Shown here piece after piece: positions 48,063 to 59,942 of a stretch of DNA of 64,000 nucleotides. Numbering within the stretch: position 1 is the first letter of the stretch; every line of letters begins with the position of its first letter. Location: assembly GCA_045614505.1 (NCBI GenBank), contig JAZLDA010000086.1, positions 13,927 to 77,926 of the forward strand, in the 5' to 3' direction. This DNA comes from Acutalibacteraceae bacterium. GTDB taxonomy: Bacteria > Bacillota > Clostridia > Oscillospirales > Acutalibacteraceae. The position numbers and the translations under genes were made by a program. A model generated the notes under the pieces. The model did no database searches and was not told where the DNA came from. It was given only the letters and a program-made list of their open reading frames with translations.

Positions 48063-48326
48063 TTAGGAATCAAATTTGAAAGAACCCGAAAGCAAGGTGA
48101 CCGAATCAGAGCTAACACTCAGCAAGCCGCCGTCTGTTGTGGCTGTTTTCTTTGTGCCGTCTTCAAGCCAGATTACACACTCACTTTTGACAACAGAGGT
48201 TACAAAGGGAATATGCCCTGCCATTATAGCAAGCTCACCCTCTGTTCCTCTGACATCAAGCTTAACCGCTTCGCCGCAGAATTTGTTTCCGTCGGGCGAT
48301 GCAACTGTCAGTTTAAATGTATTCAT
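48063..48326 (-). CDS. atpC: F1 ATP synthase epsilon subunit, short form (beta-sandwich domain only)
   Basis: 87 aa, MNTFKLTVASPDG...GELAIMAGHIPFVT. The stop codon is followed directly by the terminator, so nothing codes for the C-terminal helical hairpin. Confidence 0.85.
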   Translation of the reverse strand: MNTFKLTVASPDGNKFCGEAVKLDVRGTEGELAIMAGHIPFVTSVVKSECVIWLEDGTKKTATTDGGLLSVSSDSVTLLSGSFKFDS

Positions 48327-48330
48327 TCAA

Positions 48331-49734
<1,404 letters not shown>

Positions 49735-49737
49735 TTA

Positions 49738-50541
49738 TCAATTGCCGCTTCCGGCTACGATTTCTGTGATTTCCTGGGTTATTGCACCCTGTCTTGCTCT
49801 GTTATATTCAAGCTGTAAATCGTTTATCATCTGCTGAGCATTCTTGCTTGCGGAGTCCATTGCCATTCTGCGTGCTGAAACCTCACTTGCAAAGCTTTCT
49901 CTTGCACAAACTGTGATTATTCCCGCAACATATTCACGGGCAACATTATTAAGCACCGTTAAATGGTCAGGCTCAAAAACGATTCCGGTGGCATCGTTTT
50001 TTTCGCTTTTCTTAAAGGGTAATACCCATTTTATATAGGCTTCCTGACTCATTACCGAATGGTATCTTGTCGCAATTATTCCCAGTCTGTCAAACTTTTC
50101 TTCTGCAAAATCGGTGCAGAGCTCATCTGCAAGCCTTGCGGCCTCATCAAACGAAAAATGCTCCGATGAAATATGAGGCTTTGCATATTTTTCGCAGGCT
50201 TTTTTGCCGATGGGAATAAACTCGGCATCGGGATACTCTGCCGCAAGTCGGAAAATATTTGCGTTATATCCCCCTGCCAGTCCTCTGTCACCCGCAATAA
50301 CGATTATTTTTGTTCGGAGCATTTCTCTTTCCTTCATATAAGGACTTCTTAAGCTTTCATTGTCAGAGGAAAGAACGGAAATTGTGTTTTCAAGTGCAGC
50401 CGCATAGTCTCTGCCCTTCATCATCGCTTCGTTTGCACGGCGAATTTTTGAAGAGGCAACAAGACCCATTGCGTTTGTCAGCTGCATTGTTGAGTTAACG
50501 CTTTTTATGCGCACTCTGAGAGCTTTTGTATTTTGTGACAT
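49738..50541 (-). CDS. atpG: F1 ATP synthase gamma subunit
   Basis: 267 aa. RIKSVNSTMQLTNAM N-terminus and ITQEITEIVAG C-terminus. Confidence 0.92.
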   Translation of the reverse strand: MSQNTKALRVRIKSVNSTMQLTNAMGLVASSKIRRANEAMMKGRDYAAALENTISVLSSDNESLRSPYMKEREMLRTKIIVIAGDRGLAGGYNANIFRLAAEYPDAEFIPIGKKACEKYAKPHISSEHFSFDEAARLADELCTDFAEEKFDRLGIIATRYHSVMSQEAYIKWVLPFKKSEKNDATGIVFEPDHLTVLNNVAREYVAGIITVCARESFASEVSARRMAMDSASKNAQQMINDLQLEYNRARQGAITQEITEIVAGSGN

Positions 50542-50547
50542 AGCAGA

Positions 50548-52038
50548 TTACCTCTGCATCTGTGAGAGCACGGATTTGAGAGTTTCTTCATCCTGCTCCT
50601 CAAAATAACCTGCTTCTATTCTTTCAAGCCACTTTCCAAACTCATTTTCCAGCTTTGCGAAAAGATTCTTTTCGTATTCGTGAACCTCACAAACCGGAGT
50701 ATCATTGAGATAACCTTTGGTTACCGCATAGACGATGGCAACCTGACAGCCTACACGCACAGGGGCGTTTCTGCCTTGCTTTAAAACCTCAACGATTCTC
50801 TCACCCAAAGCAAGTCTTGCCTTGGTGTCTGCATCGAGGTCGCTTCCAAACTGAGCAAAGGACTGTAATTCACGGTACTGTGAATAAAGAAGTTTAAGTT
50901 CGCCCGAAACCTTTTTCATACCCTTGAGCTGAGCTGAACCGCCTACACGGCTAACCGAAATACCGGGGTTAATTGCAGGCATAATACCCGAATGGAAAAG
51001 CTCGGTTTCAAGGAAGATTTGTCCGTCAGTAATAGAAATAACATTTGTGGGAATATACGCTGAAACATCGCCCGCCTGTGTTTCAATAATCGGAAGTGCG
51101 GTTATGGAGCCGCCGCCGTATTCTTTAGCGACGCAAGCGGCACGCTCAAGAAGTCTTGAGTGCAGATAGAAAACGTCACCGGGATAAGCCTCTCTTCCGG
51201 GGGGACGGCGTATAAGCAGTGAAAGAGCGCGGTATGCAACTGCGTGCTTGCTCAAATCATCATAGATAATAAGAACGTCCTTACCCTGCTCACGGAAATA
51301 TTCAGCCATTGCACAGCCGCTGTAGGGGGCAATATACTGAAGAGGAGCGCTTTCAGCCGCGCTTGCGGAAACGATTATTGTGTATTCCATTGCACCGTTG
51401 CGAAGAAGCTCGCTTGCAAGCTGAGCAACCGAGGTGCTCTTCTGTCCGATTGCAACATAAATACAGATAACGTCTGAGTTTTTCTGGTTTATAATTGTGT
51501 CAATGGCAATTTCGGTTTTACCCGTCTGTCTGTCGCCGATGATAAGCTCTCTTTGTCCTCTGCCAATGGGAATCATACTGTCAATAGCTTTGATGCCCGT
51601 CTGAAGAGGAACGCTTACGCTTTCTCTTTCAATAATACCCGGAGCCTCAGATTCAATGGGTCTGGTGGCGCTGTATTCAACGGGACCCTTGCCGTCAATG
51701 GGTTCACCGAGAGCGTTAACGACTCTTCCCAGAAGCTTTTCACCTACGGGAACAGACAAAACCTTGCCTGTTCTGTGAACACTTGAGCCCTCACGAATAT
51801 TATCCTTATCCGAAAGAACGGCAACCGAAACGGTGTCCTCCTCCAGATTTTGCGCAACACCGAAGCTGCCGTCGTCAAACTCAAGCAGCTCGTTTGCCAT
51901 ACAGTTGCGAAGACCGTAAACTCGGGCTATTCCGTCACCCACAAGGATAACCTTGCCCATTTCGGTCATATTTATTTTGGCTTTATAATTTTTAATTTGA
52001 TTTTTGATTATATTGCTGATTTCTTCGGGTCTGTTCAT
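50548..52038 (-). CDS. atpA: F1 ATP synthase alpha subunit
   Basis: GDRQTGKT Walker A; full-length 496 aa. Confidence 0.96.
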   Translation of the reverse strand: MNRPEEISNIIKNQIKNYKAKINMTEMGKVILVGDGIARVYGLRNCMANELLEFDDGSFGVAQNLEEDTVSVAVLSDKDNIREGSSVHRTGKVLSVPVGEKLLGRVVNALGEPIDGKGPVEYSATRPIESEAPGIIERESVSVPLQTGIKAIDSMIPIGRGQRELIIGDRQTGKTEIAIDTIINQKNSDVICIYVAIGQKSTSVAQLASELLRNGAMEYTIIVSASAAESAPLQYIAPYSGCAMAEYFREQGKDVLIIYDDLSKHAVAYRALSLLIRRPPGREAYPGDVFYLHSRLLERAACVAKEYGGGSITALPIIETQAGDVSAYIPTNVISITDGQIFLETELFHSGIMPAINPGISVSRVGGSAQLKGMKKVSGELKLLYSQYRELQSFAQFGSDLDADTKARLALGERIVEVLKQGRNAPVRVGCQVAIVYAVTKGYLNDTPVCEVHEYEKNLFAKLENEFGKWLERIEAGYFEEQDEETLKSVLSQMQR

Positions 52039-52574
52039 GAGTTCATCACATCCTTAATCTCGCCCAGGCGGTGCTTAACACTTCCGTCGAAGGTTTTTCC
52101 GTCAACCTCTATTTTCATACCGCCTATCAGTGATTCGTCAATAATATAAATGGGGTCAATGCTCTTCTTGGTCATTTTTTCAAGCTTTTTGCAAATTGCT
52201 TCTTTCTGTTCTTCACTCAGTGAGACCGCAGAATAAATATTTGCAAAGGTTCTGTTTGAAAATTCCATTGCAAGCTTTGTGAATTCATCGATGCAGTCCA
52301 AAACTGTGCCTACCTTGCCGTTTTCGCAGAGCACCTTGAGAAAAGAAACAACATATTCGGGCATTCTGCCTTCAAAAGCCTCATCAACCGATGCAAGCCT
52401 TTCGTTAAGAGGAAGTGCAGGAGAAGCGAGAAACTCGATATAATCAGGGTTTTCCTCAAAAAGCTGCTTTACAGTGCCGAGAGAAAGCAGATATTCATCA
52501 ATTGCATTTTCCTCTGCCGCAAGGGTAAACAAAGCCTCTGCATATTCACGCTCAGTCTGAATCATTCTCATCAC
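52035..52574 (-). CDS. atpH: F1 ATP synthase delta (OSCP) subunit
   Basis: OSCP-like sequence in the conserved position. The start may be ATG 52565 (AGGTGA SD). Confidence 0.85.
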   Translation of the reverse strand: MMRMIQTEREYAEALFTLAAEENAIDEYLLSLGTVKQLFEENPDYIEFLASPALPLNERLASVDEAFEGRMPEYVVSFLKVLCENGKVGTVLDCIDEFTKLAMEFSNRTFANIYSAVSLSEEQKEAICKKLEKMTKKSIDPIYIIDESLIGGMKIEVDGKTFDGSVKHRLGEIKDVMNS

Positions 52575-53073
52575 CTATGCTTTCGATAAATGAATCAATG
52601 AAATGCTGATGGTCCTCTGCAGAAACCTCTCTTTCAAGTACCTTTTCGGTAAGAAGAGAGGAAACCTCAACGATTTCCTTTTTAACAGCGTCCTCTGCCT
52701 TCTTGCGTTCAAGAACGGCGTCATTTTCGGCTTGACGGATAATTCCGTCCGCCTTGCTTCTTGCTTCGGCAATAATTTCCTTTTCACGCTGGTTTGCAAC
52801 GCTGACCGCCGATTTGATTACCTCATCCGCTTCAGCCTTTGCAGACTGCAGTTTTTCTTCATATTTAATTTTGTCTAAATTCGCCTGTTCTTTCGCCTCT
52901 GATGCTGCGTCATATTCACCCTGAATGGTGTTTTGACGAGTCTCAAGCATTTTCTTTACAGGCTTATATAAAAACTTTTTAACAATCAAAAACAGTAGAA
53001 CAAGGTTTGCAAGAGAAACAACCATCTGCCATAAATTGACTGAAATAACATCTAATGTTTGCATAAGTTTCAC
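52552..53073 (-). CDS. atpF: Fo ATP synthase subunit b
   Basis: 173 aa. Single N-terminal TM helix plus a long charged coiled coil. Confidence 0.88.
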   Translation of the reverse strand: MKLMQTLDVISVNLWQMVVSLANLVLLFLIVKKFLYKPVKKMLETRQNTIQGEYDAASEAKEQANLDKIKYEEKLQSAKAEADEVIKSAVSVANQREKEIIAEARSKADGIIRQAENDAVLERKKAEDAVKKEIVEVSSLLTEKVLEREVSAEDHQHFIDSFIESIGDENDSD

Positions 53074-53100
53074 TCCACTGTTTCTCTTAAAGAAACAATA

Positions 53101-54303
<1,203 letters not shown>

Positions 54304-54307
<4 letters not shown>

Positions 54308-54744
54308 TTCATATCACTCTCCCCTGTTTTTTTAACTGAAATTGCTCTAAAGGTAACCGCAATACGCGGAAATAAATATGGAATAATAACTGCTAAAAGA
54401 TTGAATATGGAAATAATATACCCAATAACTGCAATAACAAACATAAGCAATGTGCGAAGCATCTGAGAAATCTTCATTCGGTTTTTTGCTTCCTTTACCT
54501 CAAGACCTAATGCAGACTGCACTGTCAGACCCATAAGAAAGAAATTTCCCACTGCACAAACTCCGCCAAGCAGATTGCCCAGCAACACAGTATAATTCCA
54601 TTTACCAATTATAAGAAACACAGATTGCATAAGAACGCTTAAAACAAGTGTAACCAGTGCAACAAATCTTGTTTCTTTTAGAACAGTTGAATCTATCTTT
54701 TTCAAAACAACCATATCCTTATAATTTTGTTTTAAAACCATCAA
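54304..54744 (-). CDS. atpI: ATP synthase protein I (AtpI/AtpZ-like)
   Basis: 146 aa, four TM helices, first gene of the operon, ATGA overlap with atpB. Confidence 0.7.
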
Positions 54745-54813
54745 TTTTTATGGAAAAGGTATTAACTTTACACCATTTAAATCTATGATTATCTTATAAC
54801 AATATTAACATAT

Positions 54814-54842
54814 AGTATACCATGATTTGGCGATTTCTTCAA
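54814..54842 (-). promoter_or_regulatory. Putative sigma-A promoter of the atp operon
   Basis: Minus strand TTGAAG-17 nt-TATACT with a TGG extended -10. Confidence 0.5.
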
Positions 54843-54932
54843 TAGTCTGTAAGGAAAAAGTAATAATTTATTTTTTAACAAACAAGTCCTAAACAATTTT
54901 AAAAATAATATTATAGATGCCTATTCTGGAAA

Positions 54933-54968
54933 TAAAAAAAGGCAGTATAGCAATACGCCATACTGCCT
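54933..54968 (-). terminator. rplL terminator
   Basis: GGCAGTAT/ATACTGCC stem followed by a U-run on the minus strand (A-run 54934-40 on plus). Confidence 0.75.
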
Positions 54969-54985
54969 CTTTATTAAACTCAAAA

Positions 54986-55363
54986 TTACTTAAGTTCGAT
55001 AGTTGCGCCAGCCTCTTCAAGCTTAGCCTTGATAGCCTCAGCATCTTCCTTAGAAGCAGCCTCTTTGAGGGTCTTGGGAGCGCCATCAACGAGAGCCTTA
55101 GCCTCAGCAAGTCCGAGACCGGTGATCTCACGAACAGCCTTGATAACCTGAATCTTGTTAGCACCAGCGTTAGCGAGTACTACGTCGAACTCGGTCTTCT
55201 CTTCAGCAGCAGCAGCGCCGCCGGCAGCAGGAGCAGCAACAGCAACAGCTGCAGCAGCAGATACGCCGAACTCTTCTTCTACAGCTTTAACAAGCTCAGA
55301 AAGCTCGAGAACGGTAAGGACTTTTAATTCTTCAATAATAGCAGTAATTTTTTCGGATGCCAT
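54986..55363 (-). CDS. rplL: 50S ribosomal protein L7/L12
   Basis: [14 protein letters not shown]..., Ala-rich hinge, C-terminal domain ...[15 protein letters not shown]. Start trimmed to ATG 55363 (GGAGGA SD). Confidence 0.96.
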   Translation of the reverse strand: MASEKITAIIEELKVLTVLELSELVKAVEEEFGVSAAAAVAVAAPAAGGAAAAEEKTEFDVVLANAGANKIQVIKAVREITGLGLAEAKALVDGAPKTLKEAASKEDAEAIKAKLEEAGATIELK

Positions 55364-55429
55364 TTTAATTTCCTCCAATTTGTGTTTAATATAGTTTTAA
55401 TTTTTTAAAATTTAATATAGTATGCTGAA

Positions 55430-55945
55430 TTATTCAGCAGCGGCTTCACCTTCGCCGTCTTTGTCAACGATAGCCTGTACGGCACGTGCAAATGCAGCCA
55501 TAGGAGCCTGGAAAGCGCTGAGAACTGTAGCGAGAAGAACTTCTCTGCTGGGCAGTTTTGCAAGGCTTTCAATCATTGCGGTGTCGATAACCTTGCCGTC
55601 GAGATAACCTGACTTAACCTTAAAGGACTCGTGGGTCTCTGCGAACTTGCAAAGGATACGTGCAGCGCAAACATGGTCGTCTTTAGAGATTGCAAGAGCG
55701 GTAGTTCCTTCAAGAACTTCTTTCATACCCTCAAGGTCGGTGCCTTCGATAGCACGAGCGAGAAGAGTATTCTTAACTACGAAATAATCAACGCCGGCCT
55801 CACGAAGCTCCTTACGAAGAGCAGTATCATCTGCAACAGAAGTACCGGTGTAGTCAACAACAACACCTGCAACGGAATTCTGAAGTTTTTCAGCAACAGA
55901 AGCAACTATAGCTTTCTTTTCCTCTAAAACTTTTGCATTAGGCAT
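55430..55945 (-). CDS. rplJ: 50S ribosomal protein L10
   Basis: MPNAKVLEEKKAIV... Start trimmed to ATG 55945 (GGAGGTG SD). Confidence 0.95.
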   Translation of the reverse strand: MPNAKVLEEKKAIVASVAEKLQNSVAGVVVDYTGTSVADDTALRKELREAGVDYFVVKNTLLARAIEGTDLEGMKEVLEGTTALAISKDDHVCAARILCKFAETHESFKVKSGYLDGKVIDTAMIESLAKLPSREVLLATVLSAFQAPMAAFARAVQAIVDKDGEGEAAAE

Positions 55946-56098
55946 TAATTTCACCTCCGTAAAAAAAGTATAAAAAGGTCTGTTCCCTGAGACGAGGAAC
56001 AGACCAAAACATTAAAACAAAATAATAATGTTCAGCTTACCTCGGTAGGCGGCAATGCTTACTCCGAAAACGGAACCTACTGTCTCAAGTAATGCAAC
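55946..56098 (-). promoter_or_regulatory. rplJ 5' leader with an intrinsic attenuator (ribosomal protein L10 leader-type element)
   Basis: ~150-nt leader between a consensus promoter and rplJ. Contains UCCG-UUUU-CGGA and GUAGG/CCUAC helices and a terminator, GGUCUGUUCC-UCGUCUCAG-GGAACAGACC plus UUUUUAUACUUUUUUU (rc of 55977-56005). Upstream UUGAGAC can pair with GUCUCAG. Confidence 0.6.
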
Positions 56099-56104
56099 AA
56101 AAGT

Positions 56105-56133
56105 ATTATACACACTATGTGTATATTTGTCAA
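56105..56133 (-). promoter_or_regulatory. Consensus sigma-A promoter for rplJL
   Basis: Minus strand TTGACA-17 nt-TATAAT (perfect hexamers). Confidence 0.7.
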
Positions 56134-56150
56134 TACTTTTTTAAAAGTTA

Positions 56151-56846
56151 TCAGTTACCAAACTTAGCAACGTTGAGCTTTATGCCGGGGCCCATAGTAG
56201 TAGCAAGTACACAGGACTTAACATACTGACCTTTAGCAGCCTCAGGCTTAGCCTTAATGATTGCACCCATAAGAGCATCGAAGTTTTCCTGGAGCTTTTC
56301 TGCACCGAAGGAAACCTTACCGATGGGGCAGTGAATGATGTTGGTCTTATCAAGACGGTACTCAATTTTACCTGCCTTAGCTTCGGTTACAGCCTTAGCT
56401 ACGTCAGGAGTAACGGTACCTGCCTTAGGAGAAGGCATCAATCCACGGGGACCGAGAACCTTACCAAGACGACCTACAAGACCCATCATATCGGGTGTTG
56501 CAATAACAACGTCGAAATCGAGCCAGTTTTCATTCTGGATTTTAGCAACCATATCTTCTGCACCAACAAAGTCAGCACCTGCAGCTAAAGCAGCATCTGC
56601 CTTGTCGCCCTTAGCAAGAACAAGAGCGCGTACAGTCTTACCGGTACCGTTCGGAAGAACGACAGCACCGCGAACCTGCTGATCAGCGTGACGAGAGTCA
56701 ACACCGAGACGTACGTGGATTTCTACTGTTTCATCAAATTTTGCAGCAGCAGTCTTTACAACTACAGCTACTGCTTCTTCAGCGTCATAAAGCTTACCGG
56801 GTTCGATAAGCTGTGCGCTGGCTAAATATTTTTTACCGTGTTTCAC
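56151..56846 (-). CDS. rplA: 50S ribosomal protein L1
   Basis: 231 aa, MKHGKKYL... Confidence 0.96.
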   Translation of the reverse strand: MKHGKKYLASAQLIEPGKLYDAEEAVAVVVKTAAAKFDETVEIHVRLGVDSRHADQQVRGAVVLPNGTGKTVRALVLAKGDKADAALAAGADFVGAEDMVAKIQNENWLDFDVVIATPDMMGLVGRLGKVLGPRGLMPSPKAGTVTPDVAKAVTEAKAGKIEYRLDKTNIIHCPIGKVSFGAEKLQENFDALMGAIIKAKPEAAKGQYVKSCVLATTMGPGIKLNVAKFGN

Positions 56847-56902
56847 TTTATTTTACCTCCCAATAAGTGGTTAAATCGGAAATTTCCTCCCACGAGAGAG
56901 AA

Positions 56903-57328
56903 TCAATCGACTACTTCTACGCCCATGCTGCGTGCAGTACCTGCGATCATACTCATAGCAGATTCAATACTTGCGGCATTAAGGTCGGGCATTTTGGTTT
57001 CTGCGATTTTCTTAATCTGCTCGCTGGTTATCTTGGCAACCTTGGTTTTGTTAGGTGTGCCGGATGCGGATTCAATACCGCAAGCCTTCTTAATAAGAAC
57101 AGCGGCAGGAGGAGTTTTTGTAATGAAGCTGAAAGAATGGTCTGCGTAAACAGTGATTACAACAGGGATAATAAGACCCATATCATTCTTTGTGCGCTCG
57201 TTGAACTCCTTGGTGAAAGCCATGATGTTTACACCGTGCTGACCCAGAGCAGGACCTACCGGGGGAGCCGGTGTTGCTTTACCTGCGGGGATCTGCAATT
57301 TAATGTAGCCTATAATTTTTTGAGCCAT
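56903..57328 (-). CDS. rplK: 50S ribosomal protein L11
   Basis: [35 protein letters not shown]. Start trimmed to ATG 57328. Confidence 0.96.
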   Translation of the reverse strand: MAQKIIGYIKLQIPAGKATPAPPVGPALGQHGVNIMAFTKEFNERTKNDMGLIIPVVITVYADHSFSFITKTPPAAVLIKKACGIESASGTPNKTKVAKITSEQIKKIAETKMPDLNAASIESAMSMIAGTARSMGVEVVD

Positions 57329-57478
57329 TGTTTGCACCTCCAAAATTGTGGTAACAGTGTTATTTTACACTTGGCGGAGCACCTTATATGAATTTATGCT
57401 CCTCCCACTTCTGGCGCCGTAAGACGCCGGCGGCGAGACAGCCGCATAATAAACGGTTTTACCGTATTATTACCTGTT

Positions 57479-58003
57479 TTAGTCAGCCGGAACAATCTGA
57501 TCCAGCTCAAGCTCGGCAAGTGTTTCTCTGCCGAACGCGTCAATACCTACGCTAACGCTGTTATCTGCGACATTAATTTCTTTAACAACGCCTGCGAAGT
57601 CTTTAAGAGGTCCGCTGACAATAACAACGCGGTCACCCACATTGTATCCAACCTCTACGCTGTGCTTTTCAACGCCGAGGCAAGCAACCTCCTCATCAGT
57701 AAGAGGAACGGGCTTGGATTCGGGACCTACAAAACCGGTACAGCCGTGAATATTACGGACAACATACCAGGAATCGTTAGTAACGATCATTTTAATAAGA
57801 ACATATCCGGGGAATATTTTGCGTTCTACCTCGCGGGTCTTATCTTCCTTTACCTCTGTTACCTTTTCGGTAGGGATTTTAATATCCACGATAAGGTCCT
57901 GCATCTTACGGTTTTCAACCATAGTTGCAAGGTCAGTAGCAACCTTATTCTCATAGCCGGACATAGTCTGTATTACATACCATTTTGCTTGAGATTCAGA
58001 CAT
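57479..58003 (-). CDS. nusG: Transcription termination/antitermination factor NusG
   Basis: KWYVIQTMSGYENKV NGN domain and a C-terminal KOW domain. Start trimmed to ATG 58003 (AAGGAGAA SD). Confidence 0.94.
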   Translation of the reverse strand: MSESQAKWYVIQTMSGYENKVATDLATMVENRKMQDLIVDIKIPTEKVTEVKEDKTREVERKIFPGYVLIKMIVTNDSWYVVRNIHGCTGFVGPESKPVPLTDEEVACLGVEKHSVEVGYNVGDRVVIVSGPLKDFAGVVKEINVADNSVSVGIDAFGRETLAELELDQIVPAD

Positions 58004-58014
58004 ACTGGTTCTCC

Positions 58015-58692
58015 TTATTTCCAAATACTTTCAAGTAAGTTACCGAGACCAAAGTCAACCAACCAGATAATTGCACCGATTACAATAAACATAACCAGTA
58101 CTATACCGGTGTTTTTAAGAACCTCTTTAATGCCGGGCCATACAATCTTTTTGCACTCGCTCTTATAGTCCTTGAAGAAATAAACAATCTTCTTAATGAT
58201 GGATTTCTTAGCACCCTTTGATGCAAGAACCTCAATACGGTCATTAATAAGAATGTAAGCAACGCTTGTGATTAAAGCGGCAAACATTACTAAAGAAATT
58301 ATAAGCACAAAAGGAGAATACTCAAGACCTGTAACATTAAAGGGACGAGTATCAACAAACTTCCAAGGATTGCTAAGGGCAATAACAAGCATATAAACAG
58401 CTACAGCAGCATAGTCGGCTGCAACTAAGAATTTGAGCACCTTAGACTTGGAGAAGAAAGTGAATATGGACATAGCCACGCCCAGAACGGCAAGAATGAA
58501 GCAGAAAAGAACATCTGCGCTCTTGGCGATATTTGTTCCTTCAAAAACCTCGGAGCCGAATGCAATTTGAAGACCGCTGGCAGAAAACTCTCCAGCGTTG
58601 AAAACGGCGAAGTTAAAGAAGAAGAAAACCAAAGCAGCGACACCGAAAAGTGTAGCTAAAATCTGACAAGCCTTATTGACAACTTTAATCAT
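58015..58692 (-). CDS. secE: Preprotein translocase subunit SecE fused to a ~160-aa N-terminal four-TM domain
   Basis: 225 aa, single ORF with an AAGGAGAG SD at 58692. The C-terminal ~60 aa (KKIVYFFKDYKSECKKIVWPGIKEVLKNTGIVLVMFIVIGAIIWLVDFGL) form a canonical SecE module. No in-frame ATG/GTG/TTG start immediately precedes it. Confidence 0.8.
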   Translation of the reverse strand: MIKVVNKACQILATLFGVAALVFFFFNFAVFNAGEFSASGLQIAFGSEVFEGTNIAKSADVLFCFILAVLGVAMSIFTFFSKSKVLKFLVAADYAAVAVYMLVIALSNPWKFVDTRPFNVTGLEYSPFVLIISLVMFAALITSVAYILINDRIEVLASKGAKKSIIKKIVYFFKDYKSECKKIVWPGIKEVLKNTGIVLVMFIVIGAIIWLVDFGLGNLLESIWK

Positions 58693-58704
58693 ATTCAGCT
58701 CTCC

Positions 58705-58854
58705 TTATTTGGTTTCCTTATGAACGGTGTGCTTTCTGCAGAACTTGCAATACTTGTTCATTTCAACTCTGTCCGGATCATTTTTCTTGTTTTTCATTGT
58801 CTTGTAGTTGCGCTGCTTGCACTCAGTACAAGCAAGTGTGATTTTAACTCTCAT
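58705..58854 (-). CDS. rpmG: 50S ribosomal protein L33
   Basis: [49 protein letters not shown]. Start trimmed to ATG 58854 (GGGAGGTG SD). Confidence 0.95.
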   Translation of the reverse strand: MRVKITLACTECKQRNYKTMKNKKNDPDRVEMNKYCKFCRKHTVHKETK

Positions 58855-59044
58855 AACGGCACCTCCCGCTTTACGGAAATATTTTTTTGCTGCGAGAATT
58901 CGCAGTAAACGCCTCCCTCGGTTCGGTCTTTCACTCACGGTCCTTCCGCGTTATGTCGCCATACGAAAGGAAAGCACTCCGAAGCATAAAAACCTTGACA
59001 GAACAGAGTCCAAACAAAAAAAAAGACTCTTCAGAGGTACATCG

Positions 59045-59073
59045 ATTATAACACAAAAGATACACTCGGTCAA
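59045..59073 (-). promoter_or_regulatory. Putative sigma-A promoter of rpmG-secE-nusG
   Basis: Minus strand TTGACC-17 nt-TATAAT. Implies a ~185-nt leader. Confidence 0.55.
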
Positions 59074-59099
59074 GCCTTTTTTTCGATATTTATAATTTT

Positions 59100-59888
59100 T
59101 TAGAAATATATTACACTACGGTTCTCTTTAAGGGCGCAAAAAAGCAGATAATCGCTCCCCTTTTTCGCCCCTGCATCAATAAGAGCCGCTTCACTTGTGC
59201 GCAGTGCCAAAGTGGGAAGATTGTTGTTTTCGCTAAGATGCCCCAGAATAAATCTTGTAGTGCCGCTTTTAAGCAGAGAAGTCAGCTCCGAAGCGGCGGC
59301 AGCGTTTGAAAGATGTCCTTTTTCGCCTGCTATACGAATTTTCAGTTCTGCTGGGTAAGGTCCGTTCTGAAGCATTTTAAGGTCGTGATTTGATTCAAGA
59401 AGCACCGCATTACTGCCTGAAATTACTTCTCTCACCGAAGAGGTCACCACACCCAAATCGGTACAGACAGAGGCAACACAGTCCTGTCCCAGTTCTATTC
59501 TGTAACCGCTTGAACCGTCACAGTCGTGCATTGTTTCAAAACGAATTATCCTGCCGACATCATTCTCATATACACCTTGATCCAAGGCAATCTGCACAGT
59601 ATCCTCTGGCAGTATATTCATATTTGTCAATGTATTTAATGTAAGAGAAGAGGCAACAACGGGAACCTTCAGCTTTTTAACAATTGCTTTAAGCCCTCTG
59701 ATATGGTCACCGTGTTCATGGGTTATAAGTATTGCGCGTATCTTTTCGGGGTTCTCGCCGATTTCGGCAAGGGCATTAAGCGTAGCTGCGGCAGAAGCAC
59801 CTGCATCAATAAGCAGAGCACTGTCCTTTGAAGCGACGTATGTACAGTTAGCCTTACTTCCGCTGAACAGCGGACATATTTTTGCCAT
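59100..59888 (-). CDS. MBL-fold metallo-hydrolase (YycJ/WalJ-like)
   Basis: 262 aa. ILITHEHGDHI motif. Confidence 0.8.
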   Translation of the reverse strand: MAKICPLFSGSKANCTYVASKDSALLIDAGASAAATLNALAEIGENPEKIRAILITHEHGDHIRGLKAIVKKLKVPVVASSLTLNTLTNMNILPEDTVQIALDQGVYENDVGRIIRFETMHDCDGSSGYRIELGQDCVASVCTDLGVVTSSVREVISGSNAVLLESNHDLKMLQNGPYPAELKIRIAGEKGHLSNAAAASELTSLLKSGTTRFILGHLSENNNLPTLALRTSEAALIDAGAKKGSDYLLFCALKENRSVIYF

Positions 59889-59942
59889 TTTCTCACCTCT
59901 TTACATATATAATATAAAGGGAGGAAAAACCTCCCTTTTAAT

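Noticed and set aside
57344-57478. Possible L1-binding regulatory leader upstream of rplK
   Set aside because: Some GC-rich pairing is visible (GCCGGCG...CGCCAG), but I could not recognise the L1 23S-mimic motif with confidence.
58855-59044. Whether the rpmG leader is an SRP RNA, 6S RNA, tmRNA or RNase P RNA
   Set aside because: I found none of the conserved motifs I know (for example the GGAAGCAGCC SRP domain IV or the GAGGAAAGUCC RNase P core). It is kept only as an unexplained leader.
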